Source: a bacterium
GTDB taxonomy: Bacteria > CLD3 > SB21
NCBI GenBank assembly: GCA_013360215.1
Contig: JABWCP010000002.1
Coordinates: forward strand, 177,816 to 241,815
Length of the DNA stretch: 64,000 nt
Direction: 5' to 3'
Below, one piece after another: positions 59,103-64,000 of the stretch (positions are counted from its first letter, which is position 1; the number at the start of each line of letters is the position of its first letter). The position numbers were made by a program, and so were the translations under genes. The notes under the pieces are model-generated. The model was not told the DNA's origin, ran no database searches, and was given only the letters and a program-made list of their open reading frames with translations.

Positions 59103-60008
59103 TTAATTGCTTGTCTCAATCAAATTTTGAATCGAATCGCAAGGCATTGATATTTCAAAATCTTCTCCGTCCGTCAAAATGTGGATGCCTTCTTTGGTAA
59201 ACAATGTTTTGCCTCTGAATTCATAATCTTTGAACGTCTGATTAGGAACGTCTTTAAGTTTTGACTGATAAAACACTCTTTCTATTTCAGGTTCTATGGT
59301 AAAAGCTCCAGGCATCGCATCTTGCGTCATAGTACATTCAAAGTATCCGCTGTTAGGCACGCAGCTCTGTTCGCTCAGCACGACGTTTTGAACAATATCG
59401 CGATAGGTAAATTTGACAACCGTATCCGGGGAAAATTGATATTGAAAGTGACTTATTGTTGATCCGCTATAATACAGTTCGCCAACCGTGCCCGGATCTG
59501 AATAATTTTTGATACCTTTTATTGTATATTTGACTGTCCCCTCCACGTCATAAGCCTTTGTACCGGAACCGATGGGGTGATTATTTTTATAATTAAACTC
59601 AAAATACATGACATTGCTCTTGGATGTCGGATTGCCTTCCTGATCGGGCGATTCATATCGGTATTGTAATTCATAGCTTCGATTGGATTTTTCAAAACGA
59701 ACAGACCAATATTGAGTTTGACGATTATACCGCAATGAATCTTTCATAGATGATTCCCCTTCAAAGCGAAAACCCCAAGGAGATAATATGAACAAACCCG
59801 GTAAATCAGCTATCTCCCTTTGAGCAAGGTAAGAAGCGTTATTTAATTGTACCAAACTATTGCTTAGCATTGCACGACCTTGTGTCTCGACAATATCATT
59901 TAATTCTTCGCGGCTCATTTTTTTTTCTGATGCGTCATAACATGAAATCAAATTCAACGAAATGAACAAAAGACCGAATATTTTTGTCACTCTACGCAAA
60001 ACGAACAC
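59103..60008 (-). CDS. Hypothetical lipoprotein
   Basis: GTG start, lipobox LISC, aromatic beta-rich body. Confidence 0.7.
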   Translation of the reverse strand: MFVLRRVTKIFGLLFISLNLISCYDASEKKMSREELNDIVETQGRAMLSNSLVQLNNASYLAQREIADLPGLFILSPWGFRFEGESSMKDSLRYNRQTQYWSVRFEKSNRSYELQYRYESPDQEGNPTSKSNVMYFEFNYKNNHPIGSGTKAYDVEGTVKYTIKGIKNYSDPGTVGELYYSGSTISHFQYQFSPDTVVKFTYRDIVQNVVLSEQSCVPNSGYFECTMTQDAMPGAFTIEPEIERVFYQSKLKDVPNQTFKDYEFRGKTLFTKEGIHILTDGEDFEISMPCDSIQNLIETSN

Positions 60009-60017
60009 ATCACTTTC

Positions 60018-60410
60018 TTATTCACCACAGATTAAAAGTTGGTCATTATCAAATTCTACTTGTCTCATAGCTGTAACCACTTCACCGAAACGAACATACA
60101 GCGTATCATTACTCACTTCAAAGGAACCGAGACAAATGTCACCCGGCATTTTTATAGGTGCGCATATTTTTCCCTTCAATCTTTCCGTCTCTGAGTACGG
60201 ATAGTATGTATACTCGTAACAATCCGAAGGTTGCTCTTTTAACCAATAATGATAAGTCCCGTTTTCAAAATATACTCGCTCCTCTTTTGACAGTATGACG
60301 CTTACTGTTTGCCATTGTGAGCCATCTATTCCCGGTTCCTTTTTGGAGTCACAGCCGAATACCGAAATTGTAAGCACAAATAGTATTGTTAACGTTTTAT
60401 GATACACCAC
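60018..60410 (-). CDS. Hypothetical lipoprotein (lipocalin-like)
   Basis: Lipobox VFGC, IDGSQWQ and G.FEVSNDTL. Confidence 0.65.
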   Translation of the reverse strand: MVYHKTLTILFVLTISVFGCDSKKEPGIDGSQWQTVSVILSKEERVYFENGTYHYWLKEQPSDCYEYTYYPYSETERLKGKICAPIKMPGDICLGSFEVSNDTLYVRFGEVVTAMRQVEFDNDQLLICGE

Positions 60411-60428
60411 TTATTCTTTCACAATAAG

Positions 60429-60764
60429 TTAATACTCTAAACGCTCAACCTTTTTTAACGATAGAATTGGCGCCGCTGCATGAATGCATACAGATTCTTT
60501 ATTGATATGGCCTGTAAATTTTACCACGATACCGTCTTTTTTATATTCATCCGGTAAATCATGCACATCAAAAATTTTGTTATCACTGGTTATCAGTTCG
60601 AAATAACCACCTTCAACGGTCACATACTTTATGTAGCCGACGCCCGATATCTTTTCGTCGGAACCGAACAACGCTTTATCGTTTTCGGATGTGCCAATAT
60701 TCGCGCCTTCCGAACACGCCATTAAGAGAAATAAGGTTGTTAATATGTTTAACTTGATCAGCAT
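60429..60764 (-). CDS. Hypothetical small lipoprotein (OB-fold-like)
   Basis: Lipobox LMAC; G.IKYV.VEGGYFEL....LP.EYKKDG..V.F.G. Confidence 0.7.
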   Translation of the reverse strand: MLIKLNILTTLFLLMACSEGANIGTSENDKALFGSDEKISGVGYIKYVTVEGGYFELITSDNKIFDVHDLPDEYKKDGIVVKFTGHINKESVCIHAAAPILSLKKVERLEY

Positions 60765-60808
60765 CGAAGTTAAATAGATTAGTATGACGAAATGTTGAAT
60801 AATAAAGC

Positions 60809-60825
60809 TACAAACTTAGTGCCAA
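60809..60825 (-). promoter_or_regulatory. sigma54-like -24/-12 promoter of the lipoprotein cassette (TTGGCACTAAGTTTGTA)
   Basis: Perfect -24 box TTGGCAC and a -12 box reading TTGTA, as at the hsp20 promoter. Confidence 0.6.
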
Positions 60826-60999
60826 TGAGGGACAAAAATGAAGTCGAGTAAATCAATAAAAAACAATATGGCGAGTTTTGTTTTTACTCGATTTTCAGTT
60901 CTCGGTTATCAGAAAACCGATACTATAGCGGATATTTGATAAGAAATAGGGATTTGATATGATTTGAAAAGAGTCAGGTTGGGATATTTAATTTACAAA

Positions 61000-61866
61000 T
61001 TACAAAACACTTTCATGTTGCGCAGATATCTTAGCGGCTTCCCATCCGATGATCGCCGTTTTACGGGTTGTACCCCACATATAGCCGCCAAAGTTTCCTG
61101 AAGACTGAATCACTCTGTGGCATGGTATCAAATATGCAACGGGATTACTGCCAATCGCTGTACCCACGGCACGCGAAGCTTTCGGCTTACGAATTTCTTT
61201 AGCAATGGTATTATATGTAGTCAACTTTCCGAAGGGAATTTTTAACAACGCTTCCCATACTTTGAGCTGAAACTCGCTTCCTTTTAAATGTAAATTGATC
61301 GAATGATTTTCAGGCGCTGTTGCATTAAAAATATTCAGCGCGTTTTTATGAAACGAATCCTTCTTGTGATGATATGTGGCATTAGGAAAATGTGACACTA
61401 ATTGCGATAACGCTGATTTGGGGTCATCGGAGAACATCATGTAACACAGGCCTTTGGACGTAGAGGCTGAAAGTATGTCACCAAAAGGACTTTCTGAAAA
61501 GCTATAGTTTATTTCGAGATTTTCTCCTCCATTTTTATATTCTCCGGGCGTCATACCTTCGATATTAACAAAAAGGTCATGCAAGCGGCTTGTTCCCGAT
61601 AATCCGCTTTCCATAGCGGCATCCATCAAACTAATTTTACCATCTTTCAAAATACTTTTTGCATAATCTATCGTTGTAAACTGTAAAAACTTTTTGGGAC
61701 TTACCCCGGCCCATGCCGTAAACAAACGTTGAAAATGAAACGGGCTTACATGTACTTTTTTAGCCACGTCATCCAAATCAGGTTGTTCTTTGAAATTAAC
61801 CCTGATATATTCGATCGCTTCAGCTATTCTTTTGTAATTTATCTGTTCTTGAACTTCCATATCCAT
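61000..61866 (-). CDS. ada: Ada-like bifunctional protein: AraC HTH plus O6-methylguanine-DNA methyltransferase
   Basis: SPFHFQRLF..WAGVSPK, SRLHDLF...EGMTPGEYK, G..FQ..VW.AL..IP.G and IPCHRVI active site. No N-terminal Ada Zn domain is visible. Confidence 0.88.
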   Translation of the reverse strand: MDMEVQEQINYKRIAEAIEYIRVNFKEQPDLDDVAKKVHVSPFHFQRLFTAWAGVSPKKFLQFTTIDYAKSILKDGKISLMDAAMESGLSGTSRLHDLFVNIEGMTPGEYKNGGENLEINYSFSESPFGDILSASTSKGLCYMMFSDDPKSALSQLVSHFPNATYHHKKDSFHKNALNIFNATAPENHSINLHLKGSEFQLKVWEALLKIPFGKLTTYNTIAKEIRKPKASRAVGTAIGSNPVAYLIPCHRVIQSSGNFGGYMWGTTRKTAIIGWEAAKISAQHESVL

Positions 61867-61957
61867 CTCCTTTTTTAGGATAAAGATACTATCTCAAAAC
61901 TCGCCGCAAAACCCGATTCTTGCTATTTTTGGGTCAAAGTAAGTCATTCTGAAATCA

Positions 61958-62857
61958 TTATTCATTGTGAATCAAAACCGACGTCATCGTCAAAGACCCG
62001 GCAACCGGTTTGTCATTAAAAAAACTTATTTTTTCATCCGGTTTCTGTAACGCCAGAATATACAGTAGAGGCAAAAAATGATCCGGCGTCGGTATGGCCA
62101 TATCAAAAGCACGCCCCATTTTATCGTAGTGTATGAGAGCACTATGATCGTTTGTAAGGATTTTTTGCTTCATGGTTTCATTCGCTTCGATGGCCCAATC
62201 ATAACCATAAGCCGTATCATTGAGTTTATCCCAAGCAACCATACGCAGATTATGTACCATATTTCCGCTCCCCACGATCAAAATGCCTTTCTGCCTTAAA
62301 ACGTGGAGTTCTTTAGCTAATTCGTAGTGGTATTCAGCGTGTTGATAATGGTCAAGGCTCATTTGTATGATCGGTATGTCAGCATTCGGATATAAATGTT
62401 TGACCACGCTCCAGCATCCATGATCCAATCCCCATTGTCCATGATCCAAGCCGACTTTGGTTTTGGTTATGATGGATTGTGTTTCTAAGGCTAAATCCGG
62501 ACTACCGGGTGCGGGATATTCTACTTCATACAACGATTTTGGAAATCCACCGAAGTCGTGAATCGTTTTGGGTTTGTCCATGGCCGTCACATAGGTTCCC
62601 CGCGTTTCCCAATGGGCTGAAATGCACAAAATTGCCTTAGGCTTTGGTAATAGTTCTCCTATTCGACGCCATCCTCGGACAAACTCATTTTCGTCTATCG
62701 CATTCATGGGGCTGCCATGACCGAGAAACAAAATCGGCATGCTCTCAGTATTGGGCAAAGATTTTGTGATGGATGAAAATTCACGCAGTCGCATATTAAC
62801 TCCGGCTAATGGCATTAATGCCATCGTGTGAATAAATTGTTTTCGATTCATTAGCAA
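61958..62857 (-). CDS. ygiD: 4,5-DOPA extradiol dioxygenase (LigB family)
   Basis: LF.GHGSPMN, ISAHW, TIHDFGGFP, GLDHG.W, GSGN.VHNL and PTPDHFLPL. Confidence 0.93.
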   Translation of the reverse strand: MLMNRKQFIHTMALMPLAGVNMRLREFSSITKSLPNTESMPILFLGHGSPMNAIDENEFVRGWRRIGELLPKPKAILCISAHWETRGTYVTAMDKPKTIHDFGGFPKSLYEVEYPAPGSPDLALETQSIITKTKVGLDHGQWGLDHGCWSVVKHLYPNADIPIIQMSLDHYQHAEYHYELAKELHVLRQKGILIVGSGNMVHNLRMVAWDKLNDTAYGYDWAIEANETMKQKILTNDHSALIHYDKMGRAFDMAIPTPDHFLPLLYILALQKPDEKISFFNDKPVAGSLTMTSVLIHNE

Positions 62858-62934
62858 AACTATAAGAATTACTTATCTATTTTACACATGATTTATGCAA
62901 ATATTGGGTCATTCGAAAATAAAAAACTTTAATC

Positions 62935-62962
62935 AAAAACCTCCGTTTTTAGCGGAGGTTTT
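62935..62962 (-). terminator. Rho-independent terminator after pepT
   Basis: AAAAACCTCCG-N7-CGGAGGTTTT. Confidence 0.8.
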
Positions 62963-62993
62963 CATTGAACTTCTAAAAGCAGGTTTCACTCGG

Positions 62994-64000
62994 TCACACT
63001 TTTTCTTCCCAAATCTGCGCGATTTCGATAATGGTTTTTACGGCGGCTTCCATGTCTTGCACGGCTACCCACTCCAGTTTGGAATGGAAACTATGCTCAC
63101 CGGCAAAAATATTGGGGCAAGGTAAACCCATAAACGAAAGCCGTGATCCGTCCGTGCCGCCACGAATCGGTGTCTGGATAGGTTCGATTCCGAGGCGTTT
63201 CATCGCTTCGACGGCATACGCTCCGACTTGCGGATGATGATCAAGCACTTCTTTCATATTGCGGTATTGCTCTTTAACTTCGCACTCTACGCGGGCACCC
63301 GGAAATTGTGCGGCCGTTTTTTCAGCGAGATCTTTGAGAAAATCTTCTTTTTCTTTGAGCTTTGCCGTCACAAAATCACGAATGATAAAACGTATGGTCG
63401 CCAATTCTTCATTGGCTGTAAACGATGTCGGATGAACAAACCCCTCGCGCTTTTCCGTTGTTTCCGGAGAGAGACCGACCTTTGGTAAATTTTCGATAAA
63501 ATGAGATGCCACCTTGATGGCATTGACCATTTTTCCTTTAGCATATCCGGGGTGGATATTTTTTCCATGAAATCGGATCGTCATACCGTCGGCGCTAAAC
63601 GTCTCGGTCTCGATTTCGCCGCGACTGGAGCCGTCCACCGTATAGGCATATTTGGCGCCTAATTTTTTTAAATCAATTTTTTCCGTACCGCGACCTACTT
63701 CTTCATCCGGTGTAAAACATACTTTGATCGGGCCGTGCTTGACTTCCGGATGAGACAAAAAATAATTAACCGCATCCATGATTTCCGCCACACCGGCTTT
63801 ATTATCCGCGCCGAGTAGCGTCGTACCATCCGTGGTAATGATGTCAAAGCCGATCATTTTTTCAAGATCAGGGTTGTTTTTCACCTCGATAATTTGATTG
63901 GAATCGTTTTTGAGGCGAATATCGCCGCCTTGGTAATTTTTATTGATCACCGGATTGACACCGGCACCGGTCACTGCCGGCGATGTATCCACGTGTGCAA
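62994..64000 (-). CDS. pepT: Peptidase T (M20B tripeptidase), 5'-partial
   Basis: The frame continues past the window end (..AHVDTSP..); LLGADNKAG, FTPDEEVGRG, G.NIHPG.AKGKM.NA and IRGGTDG. Confidence 0.96.
   Translation of the reverse strand, partial: AHVDTSPAVTGAGVNPVINKNYQGGDIRLKNDSNQIIEVKNNPDLEKMIGFDIITTDGTTLLGADNKAGVAEIMDAVNYFLSHPEVKHGPIKVCFTPDEEVGRGTEKIDLKKLGAKYAYTVDGSSRGEIETETFSADGMTIRFHGKNIHPGYAKGKMVNAIKVASHFIENLPKVGLSPETTEKREGFVHPTSFTANEELATIRFIIRDFVTAKLKEKEDFLKDLAEKTAAQFPGARVECEVKEQYRNMKEVLDHHPQVGAYAVEAMKRLGIEPIQTPIRGGTDGSRLSFMGLPCPNIFAGEHSFHSKLEWVAVQDMEAAVKTIIEIAQIWEEKV

Overview
Chromosomal, mostly housekeeping and cell-envelope window of about 50 genes from a diderm bacterium. 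It is probably an FCB-group lineage outside Bacteroidia (Ignavibacteria/Calditrichota/KSB1-like). That is an inference from a 'QNYPNPFNP..WDG' C-terminal sorting domain, many lipoproteins, E. coli-like TTGACA-17-TATATT promoters and real Shine-Dalgarno sites. From left to right it contains: partial plsC and a class II aldolase; two hsp20 genes and clpB; a TonB-like protein; a PP2C phosphatase; an M16 peptidase pair; a secreted FG-GAP/ASPIC protein with a beta-propeller HK/LuxR pair; TPR, BON and LamG proteins; erpA/feoAB; a cobalamin-riboswitch operon (btuB, two BtuG-like lipoproteins, a DUF6580-like membrane protein, PduO, a Bfd-like ferredoxin); CHAT protease, PPIase, mfd and miaB; queEDC; tRNA-Ser(GGA); gatB, purA, a STAS protein and secDF; rhlE; tRNA-Glu(CTC); ytxJ; a sigma54 two-component system with uncharacterised envelope genes; four tandem lipoproteins; ada; ygiD; and partial pepT. 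I saw no CRISPR array, transposase, integrase or phage genes. The most interesting signals are: (1) two independent sigma54-like promoters that both carry a non-canonical -12 box (TTGTA), one driving the lipoprotein cassette beside an NtrC-family system; (2) a hybrid B12 uptake/adenosylation operon with no BtuCDF; (3) a perfect 19-bp-arm palindrome over the predicted feoAB transcription start; (4) an aldolase with a Cys cluster and an encapsulation-peptide-like tail; (5) a signal-peptide-bearing TPR-CHAT protease; and (6) a membrane protein with three winged-helix-like repeats. No database searches were run. Family names come from recognising motifs by eye.
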